Origin: an uncultured Bacteroidia bacterium
Lineage (GTDB): Bacteria; Bacteroidota; Bacteroidia; JAFLBG01
Assembly: GCA_964593555.1 (NCBI GenBank)
Contig: CAZQIC010000007.1
Location: 6,226-70,225 of the forward strand
Direction of reading: 5' to 3'
DNA: 64,000 nucleotides
The translations under genes were made by a program, and so were the position numbers. Below are positions 48,830 to 57,089 of the stretch, in pieces. The stretch's first letter is position 1; every line of letters begins with the position of its first letter. Under the pieces are notes generated by a model. The model did no database searches. It saw nothing but the letters and a program-made list of their open reading frames with translations, and was not told the origin of the DNA.

Positions 48830-49401
48830 TCTTGTAATGACTTTTTTAAATGTGCATTTTCATTCATTAACTTGATCAACCGCTGTTTGCACTTGTAATT
48901 TTTTGTTTTCGCTGTATCTGAATTATTAAAACCCATCTTTATACTTATATCCTCCATCGACATTTTGTAAAAAACACTATACGTCAATAACTCTTTGCAC
49001 CTGTCGCCTAACTGAGATAATATTTCATTGATCTTCGTTTCTCTGTCGCTGCCAATATCCCTGGTTTGAATCTCCATTTCCTCCGCATGTACGTTGGCAT
49101 GCATCTCAACATTCCTTTCAAACTTGTTTTTCTGTTTTACTCTGTTCACCCAAAGATTTCTACTTATGGTGTAAATAAATCCTGCAACACTATTGCCTTC
49201 CTTGAATTTATTTTCTGTTACATATTTATAAAACGCAATTACCGCATCCTGGAAAATATCCTGTGCCTCATCAGTATCTCCATTATTCTGTAACACCCAT
49301 GCCCTTACTTTAGGCTGTACACTTTTATACAAGAATTTAAGAACGTTATCCGACTCTCCTTTTTTGATCGACTCTATAATTTCAGCATCCGTATAATTCA
49401 T
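48826..49401 (-). CDS. ECF-type RNA polymerase sigma-70 factor
   Basis: 191 aa. It has a region-2-like segment (DEAQDIFQDAVIAFYKYV) and a region-4 HTH (MSMEDISIKMGFNNSDTAKTKNYKCKQRL). Confidence 0.85.
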   Translation of the reverse strand: MNYTDAEIIESIKKGESDNVLKFLYKSVQPKVRAWVLQNNGDTDEAQDIFQDAVIAFYKYVTENKFKEGNSVAGFIYTISRNLWVNRVKQKNKFERNVEMHANVHAEEMEIQTRDIGSDRETKINEILSQLGDRCKELLTYSVFYKMSMEDISIKMGFNNSDTAKTKNYKCKQRLIKLMNENAHLKKSLQE

Positions 49402-49446
49402 GGATTCGTTTCAGTTATCCAAAGATGCTAAATCATTTTGAAATAT

Positions 49447-49481
49447 AACAAGGGAACAACGACCAGTATTGTTCCCTTGTT
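49447..49481 (-). terminator. Strong hairpin between the NHL-repeat gene and the sigma gene
   Basis: Perfect 13-bp inverted repeat aacaagggaacaa / ttgttcccttgtt with a 9-nt loop. On the minus strand it is followed by ATATTT. Confidence 0.6.
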
Positions 49482-49490
49482 ATTGGGGCA

Positions 49491-50891
49491 CTACTTTACT
49501 ACTGAAATATTCGTCGATGCATGTGTTTCTTTACTCATGGCTACATAATATCCCATTGGTACAACTGCTCCGGAATAATCTTTTCCATCCCATATTTTAG
49601 ATCCTTCCAATGTTCTTACCAAAGAACCATAGCGACTATAAATCTCGATTTTATTCCCTGCAAGCATTAACATAGTTTCATCATCCTTGCCATCAGCATT
49701 TGGTGAAAAAACGCTAAGCGCCGGCACACCTGTTGGTTCAATTGATGGAGGAGATGTTATGATAGAGCCTAAAGTTATTCGTGGGTTTTGCGTAAGAGCG
49801 AGTCTATAAATAGTGCCGGGAGCAGTACCAATAGCACAGCCTCCCATAATGTCAAAGTATAAATTATTATTTGCATCAATGTAAAACATATTGAAGCTTA
49901 AACCAAAGCTGCCACCCAAGGCCTGAAACCACGAGCTGTCACGATCAGTGGAGATAACCCCTGTCGCATCTACTCTTCTTAAAATTGGCATGTTTGTATA
50001 TGAATGAGCTGCGACAAAAAGATCTCCTGCAGCATTCATTGCAATTGGCCCCAAACCATTTATTGAAGCAGAAGTTGCAGTACCGCCATCTCCAGTATGT
50101 GCATTTGCGCCATTACCGGCATAAGTGCTAATAGTGCCCGAAGTATTCACTTTACGAACTACACTATTCCCAACATCAGAAATGTATAAACTCCCCGAAA
50201 CATCTACAGTAAGAGAATTTCCTAATGAAAAATATATCGTCAGATTCAATTGTGCACTTGTTGCAGCACCACCATCACCAGAATATCCTGCAGTACCATT
50301 ACCTGCATAAACAGATATTGTACCGGTGGTATTTATCTGCCTTACAATATTATTTGCATAATCAGCAAAATAAATATTTCCAGATACATCTACCGCAAGT
50401 GAATTTACCGTGATCTGTGCCAGGGTTGCCGCAGCCCCATTGCCCGTATTACCTGCAGTTCCGGTTCCCGCAATAGTGGTAATAACACCTGTTGAAGCTG
50501 TTACTTTTCTTATTCTTGTACCCGCAGCATCTGATAAATACAAATTACCAGCACCATCATTTGCTATAAAACCATTCGATTGCATTGATGCTGAAGTCGC
50601 AGCACCGCCATCACCCGTAAATCCGGCAGCTTGATTGCCTGCATAAGTAGAAATAACATTGGTAGTATTTACCATACGCACATCATTGTTTCCTGCATCA
50701 GAAATAAAAATATTCCCTGTAGCATCGCTCGAAATTCCGGTTACATAGCTTAATTGCGCAGAGGTAGCAGCACCGCCATCACCGCTATAACCCTGAGTTC
50801 CATTTCCTGCAAATGGCACCTGGGCCATTATATTAGCAACACCAAATGTTGTAAGGGTTACCGCAATGACTATTGTTTTAATTGTCTTCAT
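49491..50891 (-). CDS. NHL-type repeat beta-propeller protein with short FlgD-Ig/type-B-like CTD
   Basis: It has a signal peptide. The unit YAGNG.AG(Y/F)(S/T)GDGGAATSA.L...G...D..GN.Y..D..N..(V/I)R occurs six or more times. The C-terminus is FSPNADGKDDE...IEIYSRYGSLVRTLEGSKIWDGKDYSGAVVPMGYYVA. Confidence 0.75.
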   Translation of the reverse strand: MKTIKTIVIAVTLTTFGVANIMAQVPFAGNGTQGYSGDGGAATSAQLSYVTGISSDATGNIFISDAGNNDVRMVNTTNVISTYAGNQAAGFTGDGGAATSASMQSNGFIANDGAGNLYLSDAAGTRIRKVTASTGVITTIAGTGTAGNTGNGAAATLAQITVNSLAVDVSGNIYFADYANNIVRQINTTGTISVYAGNGTAGYSGDGGAATSAQLNLTIYFSLGNSLTVDVSGSLYISDVGNSVVRKVNTSGTISTYAGNGANAHTGDGGTATSASINGLGPIAMNAAGDLFVAAHSYTNMPILRRVDATGVISTDRDSSWFQALGGSFGLSFNMFYIDANNNLYFDIMGGCAIGTAPGTIYRLALTQNPRITLGSIITSPPSIEPTGVPALSVFSPNADGKDDETMLMLAGNKIEIYSRYGSLVRTLEGSKIWDGKDYSGAVVPMGYYVAMSKETHASTNISVVK

Positions 50892-50933
50892 TTTATATAG
50901 GTTTTATATTATTTGTATCGTATTTATCATTAC

Positions 50934-50961
50934 TACAACCAAAACAATAAAAAGTAACCCC
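50934..50961 (-). promoter_or_regulatory. Candidate promoter GGGGTTACTTTTTA-N9-TTGTA upstream of the NHL-repeat gene
   Basis: A 14-nt block identical to one upstream of the PorP/SprF gene, with TTGTA at the same spacing. It lies 43-70 nt upstream of the ATG. Confidence 0.4.
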
Positions 50962-51061
50962 CAATGATATTAATAATGAAATAGTCTGAAAATGCTGAGT
51001 TTAATAGCTTTTGAGCAATTATAGTAAACTTGAATTATAATTATAAACGGGAACTAATTAT

Positions 51062-51222
51062 TAGACCTCTTTCATAATTCGAGACTCTAATTAGCTGTCT
51101 GGGAGAAGCCATTTTCGGCTTCATATCGAGACCCGCGCGCTGCATATTTCGATACATTTTTCGCTTAGGCGAAAAACACTAAATATGACCCAACTTTCTA
51201 ATTGAATTATGAAAGAAGTCTA
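51062..51222. other. Structured intergenic element: 19-bp terminal inverted repeat enclosing three hairpins
   Basis: tagacctctttcataattc (51062-51080) pairs with gaattatgaaagaagtcta (51204-51222) with one mismatch. Inside are gaagcc/ggcttc, tatcga/tcgata (around a GC-rich gacccgcgcgctgc) and tttttcgc-ttag-gcgaaaaa. Confidence 0.5.
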
Positions 51223-51286
51223 TTGAAAAAATTCATATGGCAATGGAGGAATTCGGAAAAGATTTCGCAAAAAAAGGAATTAGATA

Positions 51287-51877
51287 CTATCGAATAACAG
51301 AAATATGTGCCGCGGTATTGTCCACCTCGTTTATGGCAACGTAATAACCCATAGGAACTATTACACCTGAATTATCTTTGGCATCCCATATTCTCGAACC
51401 GCCATCTAAGGTTCTCACCAATATTCCAAAGCGGTTATATATTTTGATCTCGCCGCCAAAAATTGCTAATTCTACTACATCGTCATTCCCATCACCATTG
51501 GGAGTTATTACGTTCGACGTAGAAACCTCTGAAGGCGGTGGCGGCGGCGTTACAATTGTTGTATCTATAGTTATAACCTGGCAATAAATCATACTTGGAT
51601 TAGCATGACAGCTTGTATCTGTAATAGACAAACAAACAGTATAAGTACCAAGGGCAGGATATGTAAAAGAAGGATTGGTGTTACTTGAAAAATTTGACAT
51701 GCCGCCAAAATCCCACATAAAAGAAAGAGATGTAGCAGAATCCGATCCAGATGTGTTTGTATACTGAACAGTCATTCCTGTTACAGTATATGTAAAACTT
51801 GTCTGGCAAGGCTGAGCCAATGCACCTGAATAAGCCAGGGAAAACATCAACAAAAACACAACAGCTATTTTTTTCAT
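51287..51877 (-). CDS. Small PKD-domain protein with short FlgD-Ig/type-B-like CTD
   Basis: 196 aa with a signal peptide. It has a PKD-like domain (FMWDFGG...GTYTV), a PPPPPS linker and the C-terminus ITPNGDGNDDV...IKIYNRFGILVRTLDGGSRIWDAKDNSGVIVPMGYYVA. Confidence 0.7.
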   Translation of the reverse strand: MKKIAVVFLLMFSLAYSGALAQPCQTSFTYTVTGMTVQYTNTSGSDSATSLSFMWDFGGMSNFSSNTNPSFTYPALGTYTVCLSITDTSCHANPSMIYCQVITIDTTIVTPPPPPSEVSTSNVITPNGDGNDDVVELAIFGGEIKIYNRFGILVRTLDGGSRIWDAKDNSGVIVPMGYYVAINEVDNTAAHISVIR

Positions 51878-51896
51878 TGTCTACAGAATAAAATTA

Positions 51897-52868
51897 TTAA
51901 AAATCCGGGCAGGCAGCAGCGTTATATTTTTTATTTGTGTCCATCTTTGGCCCCTTTCCATAATAATATCTTAATACCATTTCAAATGTTTGTGTATTAG
52001 TTCTGTAATTACTTCTGTTTGGCATGAAATACGAAAAGTCAACACTTAACCCACTTACATCTCCTTTTTTTCTTCCCTCACAGGCAACACATACATTCTG
52101 CAATCCTAAAAAAGAATAAAATCCTTCTTTATTTTCATAACTTGCTCCAAAACTCACCATTCCACTTAATAAAAAATTTACTGCCACCCCCGAAGCTAAA
52201 TCGGGCATATATTTATTTTGATTTTTTTCAATATACCTTACAAAAAAAGAAGGCATCATTAAAAACGATTCATTGAACCTTATTTTTTGCTCAACAACCA
52301 AAGTATAGTGTCTGTTTAACTGGATTATATCTAGTATTGGTTGAACCTTTGGATTACTAAACTGGTTTACGGCTAGGCCCAATCGTGTTTTTGGAGTATA
52401 TAAAAAAACGCCTCCATTACCATCCATTGTATTACCCGAAGCTCCGGCATTATAAGCAGGATTTGCTTTTACACCAAAGCTGTATAACCCAAACGAAACT
52501 CCACCGGAAAAAAAACAATTATCTCCAATTTTTTGATGCCTCGCATATGAAATATAACCCCGATTCCTTGAAATAAAAGGACCTTCCTGGTCATTATTAA
52601 AATGCATTCCCAGTACATTAAACCCCTTGTCACTTGAATTTACCCTTACAAAAACAGAAAATGCAGAGGTGGCAATTCCCGCAAACTTCTCATTGCTTCG
52701 GCGTGTTCCTGCAAAAAGCTCCAACATAGCTTTACTGCCTCCCCTTGCAGGGTTAATCTGTGGATTATTAAAAGTTTGACCAAAATGAATTGGCACTTCG
52801 CCCGTTATCGGCTGGGAAAATATGCCTAATGCTATAGCCTGAAATATAAATAAAAAAATAAACCTCAT
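51897..52868 (-). CDS. PorP/SprF-family T9SS outer-membrane protein
   Basis: 323 aa with a signal peptide. The early segment FGQTFNNPQINPARGG matches my recollection of the PorP/SprF N-terminal NPA motif. It has beta-barrel-like alternating composition and lies directly upstream of type-B-like cargo. Confidence 0.7.
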   Translation of the reverse strand: MRFIFLFIFQAIALGIFSQPITGEVPIHFGQTFNNPQINPARGGSKAMLELFAGTRRSNEKFAGIATSAFSVFVRVNSSDKGFNVLGMHFNNDQEGPFISRNRGYISYARHQKIGDNCFFSGGVSFGLYSFGVKANPAYNAGASGNTMDGNGGVFLYTPKTRLGLAVNQFSNPKVQPILDIIQLNRHYTLVVEQKIRFNESFLMMPSFFVRYIEKNQNKYMPDLASGVAVNFLLSGMVSFGASYENKEGFYSFLGLQNVCVACEGRKKGDVSGLSVDFSYFMPNRSNYRTNTQTFEMVLRYYYGKGPKMDTNKKYNAAACPDF

Positions 52869-52889
52869 TTTACAGGCCTTTTTCTTCTA

Positions 52890-52917
52890 TACAAGATAAT
52901 AATTAAAAAGTAACCCC
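52890..52917 (-). promoter_or_regulatory. Candidate promoter GGGGTTACTTTTTA-N9-TTGTA upstream of the PorP/SprF gene
   Basis: Same 14-mer and same spacing to TTGTA as at 50934-50961. It lies 22-49 nt upstream of the ATG. Confidence 0.4.
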
Positions 52918-53021
52918 TTTGTTAAAGTTTTTTCCGCTTTCAATTTATACTTTATAGATTTTTACTTCCATTTTTCTGTAAAAATTTGAATCCTCGCGTC
53001 TTTTAAGGTATATTTGATATA

Positions 53022-53435
53022 ATGAGTACCATTAAAAACATTATTGTAATTATTCTGGCCGTAGTTTTTTTTGCGTTTGGCTCGGGTATTACTATATGTA
53101 AAATGGCTTGTTCGGAGAGCGGTATTGTTCAGCTTTCAATCAATGAACAGGAATCGTGTTGCGATGAAAACCAAGAAGATGCTTGTTGTGATGAAAAACC
53201 TTGCAGTGATAAAATGGGATGCTGCACACACACCGATAATTTACTTCAGCTTGATCAGTATATTCCAGGGGATAAAATTTTTCTTTCTGAACTGAATCAA
53301 CAAATTTACACAGCAACTTTTTTTAGTTCAAAAAATACATATTGCAATAGTCTATTGTCGAACATACAATACGAAGCTCCGCCTCCACTGGCAGTAGAAA
53401 ATTTTTCTTCGTTTACTCACTTGCTTCGCATTTGA
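53022..53435 (+). CDS. Small membrane protein with Cys/Asp/Glu-rich segment (HYC_CC_PP-like)
   Basis: 137 aa with an N-terminal TM helix. The segment CKMACSESG...SCCDENQEDACCDEKPCSDKMGCCTH follows, and EAPPPL lies near the C-terminus. The family name is from memory and is unverified. Confidence 0.5.
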   Translation: MSTIKNIIVIILAVVFFAFGSGITICKMACSESGIVQLSINEQESCCDENQEDACCDEKPCSDKMGCCTHTDNLLQLDQYIPGDKIFLSELNQQIYTATFFSSKNTYCNSLLSNIQYEAPPPLAVENFSSFTHLLRI

Positions 53436-53502
53436 TTCACTGAAAATACCTTCGGCACAATCCGGTATTTTATAATTTCCATTTTTTTACTTGAATCAAG
53501 GC

Positions 53503-55719
53503 ATGAATTTATTTCAGCGTTTATTATTTATACTTTTTATTTTTATCTCAGGTTTCACTGGTTTCGCGCAATCCATTTCAGGCAAAGTATTTTCTAAAAC
53601 TGAAGCCGGGATTGAAACATTGCCCGGTGCTACAGTATACTGGCAAAACACAAATATTGTAGTTAGTACAAATGAGGAAGGTAAATTTTCATTTGATTAT
53701 ATGTATCCGGATTCACTTCCTCGCAACCTGATCGTGAGTCTTATAGGATATATTAGCGATACAATAAATATAAACGACAACACAGTTTCTTATTTAGAAA
53801 TTGAATTGAAAAAAACTACACTACTCAAAACAGTGGAGATAGAAAAAAAAGTAAAATCAACTATGATCTCTATAAACCCATTAAAGACCGAAATAATTAC
53901 AGAGAAGGAATTAAAGAAAGCTGCATGTTGTAATATTGGAGAAAGTTTTGAAACAAATGCCTCGGTTGATATCACGTATAAAGATGCAATTACCGGCAGC
54001 AAAGAAATTCAGGTACTGGGCTTATCGGGTGCCTATGTTCAACTGCTTACAGAAAATGTTCCGCTTATTAATGGCTTAGGGTTAACTTACGGATTAAACT
54101 CTATTCCCGGAACACAAATTCATACGATTAGTATAATTAAGGGACCAGGCTCTGTGATGTTCGGCCCGGAGTCAATGAGCGGAATGGTAAATATAGATTT
54201 GAAAGATCCGTTGACAACAAACAAATTTTTTCTTAATGCTTACCTGGATTATAATTTGAGAAAAGAAGTAAACATCGATAAGCGAGTTAAGTTCAATGAA
54301 AAATCTTCGTTGTTATTATCTGGCCATGCATCACATGTCGCACAAAAAGTAGATAACAACCATGATAAATTTCTTGATATGCCCTTACTCACAACCTATA
54401 GCGTCTTGGGTAAATGGAAATACAGTAACAAGGGGTTTATTTCACAAAATAGTTTTAAATATTTAAACGAAAACCGGCAAAGCGGTCAGTTTGATTATGA
54501 TTACAAAAAAAATGATTTCGACACAAGTCTTTATGCACAGCAACTCATTACAAACCGCATGGAATTTTACGGAAAAACCGGCTGGGTATTGCCAACCGAA
54601 AAGTATAATAGTTTTGGCATACAATACTCTGCTGTAAACCACCAGCAAGAAGGATTTTACGGATTAAGAAATTATACTGGTGTACAAACAAATGCAACGG
54701 CGCGCTTACTTTTTAATTCACAGTTTAATAAATACAACACCTTGAATACAGGCCTGTCATATAAACATGATGAGACAAACGAAAAACTGGACACATTTAT
54801 TATTGATAGAATACAAAATATACCCGGAGTATTTATTGAAAATGCTTTTGAAAAAAATAAAATCATTTCTTTGATCACCGGTGTGAGAGCAGATTACTAC
54901 AACAACAGAATATTTATTACGCCAAGAGCTAACATAAAATATTCGCTTGCAGAAAAAACAGATTTAAGGGCAAGCATTGGGACAGGATGGAAGGTCGTGG
55001 ATATACTTGCAGAAAACCCAAACATAGCTGCGAGTTCAAGAAAAATTATGATCACTGAAAAATTAAAACCTGAGGAGTCACTGAATTATGGTTTCAATTT
55101 TAATCATGAGTTTGAACTTGCCTACCGTGAAGGTTCAATTGGATTTGACGCTTACCAAACAAGATTTATTGATAAAGTATATGCAGATTATGATTCCATA
55201 CCTGCACAAGTATTGTTTTATAATCTTCGCAACAACACAACTTCCAGTAGTTTCCAGGTTGAGGCGACTTATGAAATAATAAAAAACGTGGATCTTAAAA
55301 TTGCTTATAAATACCTCGATGTTTATTCTACCATTAACAGCCAACGTATACCTCAGGCATTAATTGCCAAACATAGAATGCTTGCAAATATTTTTTACGA
55401 AACATTCGATAGAAAATGGAACATGAATGCAACTTATCAGTGGTATGGAAAAAAACGTCTTCCGGATACTGATAAATATCCTTCAGTATATAGAAAAGAA
55501 GGCTATTCTGTTCCTTATTCGAAAATAAACATGCAGGTGAACAGGATTTTTAAAAATTCGGAATGGTATATAGGAATTGAAAACTTATTGGGTTTTGTAC
55601 AACATGATGCTATATTGAGTTATGAAAACCCTTTTGGCCCATATTTTGATACAGGATATGTATGGGGCACCATGGATAACAGAAGAATTTATTTAGGATG
55701 GAGTTATAAATTAAAATAA
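53503..55719 (+). CDS. TonB-dependent receptor with N-terminal carboxypeptidase-regulatory-like domain
   Basis: The ATG at 53503 gives MNLFQRLLFILFIFISGFTGFAQ. It has ISGKVFS...GATVYW...EGKFSF and a plug region (AACCNIGESFETNASVD...IKGPGSVMFGPESMSGMVNI). The C-terminus is barrel-like and ends in an aromatic-rich strand. Confidence 0.85.
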   Translation: MNLFQRLLFILFIFISGFTGFAQSISGKVFSKTEAGIETLPGATVYWQNTNIVVSTNEEGKFSFDYMYPDSLPRNLIVSLIGYISDTININDNTVSYLEIELKKTTLLKTVEIEKKVKSTMISINPLKTEIITEKELKKAACCNIGESFETNASVDITYKDAITGSKEIQVLGLSGAYVQLLTENVPLINGLGLTYGLNSIPGTQIHTISIIKGPGSVMFGPESMSGMVNIDLKDPLTTNKFFLNAYLDYNLRKEVNIDKRVKFNEKSSLLLSGHASHVAQKVDNNHDKFLDMPLLTTYSVLGKWKYSNKGFISQNSFKYLNENRQSGQFDYDYKKNDFDTSLYAQQLITNRMEFYGKTGWVLPTEKYNSFGIQYSAVNHQQEGFYGLRNYTGVQTNATARLLFNSQFNKYNTLNTGLSYKHDETNEKLDTFIIDRIQNIPGVFIENAFEKNKIISLITGVRADYYNNRIFITPRANIKYSLAEKTDLRASIGTGWKVVDILAENPNIAASSRKIMITEKLKPEESLNYGFNFNHEFELAYREGSIGFDAYQTRFIDKVYADYDSIPAQVLFYNLRNNTTSSSFQVEATYEIIKNVDLKIAYKYLDVYSTINSQRIPQALIAKHRMLANIFYETFDRKWNMNATYQWYGKKRLPDTDKYPSVYRKEGYSVPYSKINMQVNRIFKNSEWYIGIENLLGFVQHDAILSYENPFGPYFDTGYVWGTMDNRRIYLGWSYKLK

Positions 55720-55834
55720 ACAATCATGAAATAGCCATAATTCTAAGCAGCATACAAACCGAAAAAGAATATGTGGCGTATTCCCTGCCCGATGGCAGGC
55801 GGGCATATGACATTAAAAACAAAAACATTTACAC

Positions 55835-56188
55835 ATGAAAACAACAATTTTAACAACAATGATGCTTCTGAGTTTTATACTACTAAAACCGGCGAGTACT
55901 TTTTCTCAAAATAAAAAAACAAAGGACATGCGCACACTTGAATTAAAGATCGGCGGAATGACCTGTGAATCGGGTTGTGCAAAGGGAATTGAAAACTCCG
56001 TGTATAAAATAAAGGGGGTTAAAAAAAGCCAGGTAAATTATGATACACAAATAGCTACTTTTATTTTTGACGCCAACAAAACCAGTAAAGAAGAAATTAT
56101 AAAAGTCGTTGAGAATTTTAATCCCGGAGAGGTTGCCGAAAGAAAATATTCGGTTACTTTAATTAACTTTAAAGAAAATGAAAAATAA
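55835..56188 (+). CDS. Secreted heavy-metal-associated (HMA) domain protein
   Basis: 117 aa with a signal peptide. It contains the GMTCESGCAKGIE (MxCxxC) metal-binding motif. Confidence 0.8.
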   Translation: MKTTILTTMMLLSFILLKPASTFSQNKKTKDMRTLELKIGGMTCESGCAKGIENSVYKIKGVKKSQVNYDTQIATFIFDANKTSKEEIIKVVENFNPGEVAERKYSVTLINFKENEK

Positions 56189-56525
56189 AGTCACATGCAT
56201 CCTGCTTGGATTATTATTTATAACAGCAATAGGGTTCGCACAAAAAAATACTCAAGTAAAAATTAAAACTACTGCTGAATGTGATATGTGTAAAAAATCT
56301 ATTGAGTCAACACTATACAAATTAAAAGGAGTTAAAAAAGTAAAAGTTGATCTTACTTCAAAAGAAACATTTGTAATTTATAATCCCAAAAAAATAACTG
56401 TAGAGGAAATTAAGAAAGCAATTGTTGCCGCCGGATATGATGCAGATGATATGAAAGCAAATGTGAAGGCATACAAAGCACTTCCTGAATGTTGTAAAAA
56501 GGGAGAGCCTCACCAGGAAAAATAA
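56178..56525 (+). CDS. Secreted HMA-like domain protein with C-terminal CC motif
   Basis: 115 aa with a signal peptide. It contains TAECDMCKKSIE (CxxC) and a C-terminal LPECCKKGEPH. It overlaps the previous gene by 11 nt. Confidence 0.75.
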   Translation: MKNKVTCILLGLLFITAIGFAQKNTQVKIKTTAECDMCKKSIESTLYKLKGVKKVKVDLTSKETFVIYNPKKITVEEIKKAIVAAGYDADDMKANVKAYKALPECCKKGEPHQEK

Positions 56526-56533
56526 AATAAATC

Positions 56534-57061
56534 ATGAGTCTTATAAAAGCTGTAAAAGGAATATCTCCAAAATTTGGAAACGATTGTTACCTCGCTGAAA
56601 ATTGTACCGTTGTGGGTGATGTTACCATGGGAGACAATTGCAGTGTTTGGTTCAATGCTGTTGTTCGCGGCGATGTGAATTCCATAAAAATGGGAAACAA
56701 AGTTAATATACAGGATGGAGCCATAATTCATTGCACTTACCAAAAAGCAGCAACTACATTGGGTAATAATGTTTCTGTTGGACATAGAGCTATTGTGCAT
56801 GGCTGCACAGTGCATGACAATGTACTTATAGGCATGGGAGCTATTGTAATGGACAATGCAGTGATAGGAAGCAATTCAATAATCGCAGCCGGTGCAGTGG
56901 TATTGGAAAATACTATTGTTGAACCGGGATCTATTTACGCAGGCGTTCCTGCCAAAAAAGTGAAGGACATAAACCAGGAATTAATTAATGGAGAGATAAA
57001 CCGCATCGCCAATAATTATATTATGTATTCAGGCTGGTTTAAAAATACCAATAAAGAATAA
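56534..57061 (+). CDS. Gamma-carbonic-anhydrase-family / hexapeptide-repeat protein
   Basis: 175 aa. It has left-handed beta-helix hexapeptide repeats (VVGDVTMGDNCSVWFNAVVRGD...IQDGAIIHC...GHRAIVHGCTV), typical of the YrdA/PaaY group. Confidence 0.8.
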   Translation: MSLIKAVKGISPKFGNDCYLAENCTVVGDVTMGDNCSVWFNAVVRGDVNSIKMGNKVNIQDGAIIHCTYQKAATTLGNNVSVGHRAIVHGCTVHDNVLIGMGAIVMDNAVIGSNSIIAAGAVVLENTIVEPGSIYAGVPAKKVKDINQELINGEINRIANNYIMYSGWFKNTNKE

Positions 57062-57089
57062 ATAAATTACCATCGGAAGTTCTCAGGAT

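Noticed and set aside
53071-53295. 74-aa ORF overlapping the Cys-rich membrane protein gene in another frame.
   Set aside because: It is fully embedded in the 137-aa ORF, which has a TM helix and a start well placed relative to the intergenic region. The overlapping frame has no distinguishing features.
55770-55800. GC-rich hairpin ccctgcc-cgat-ggcaggcggg after the TonB-dependent receptor gene, as a possible terminator.
   Set aside because: The stem is short (6 bp) and no T-run follows. The evidence is insufficient to list it as a feature.
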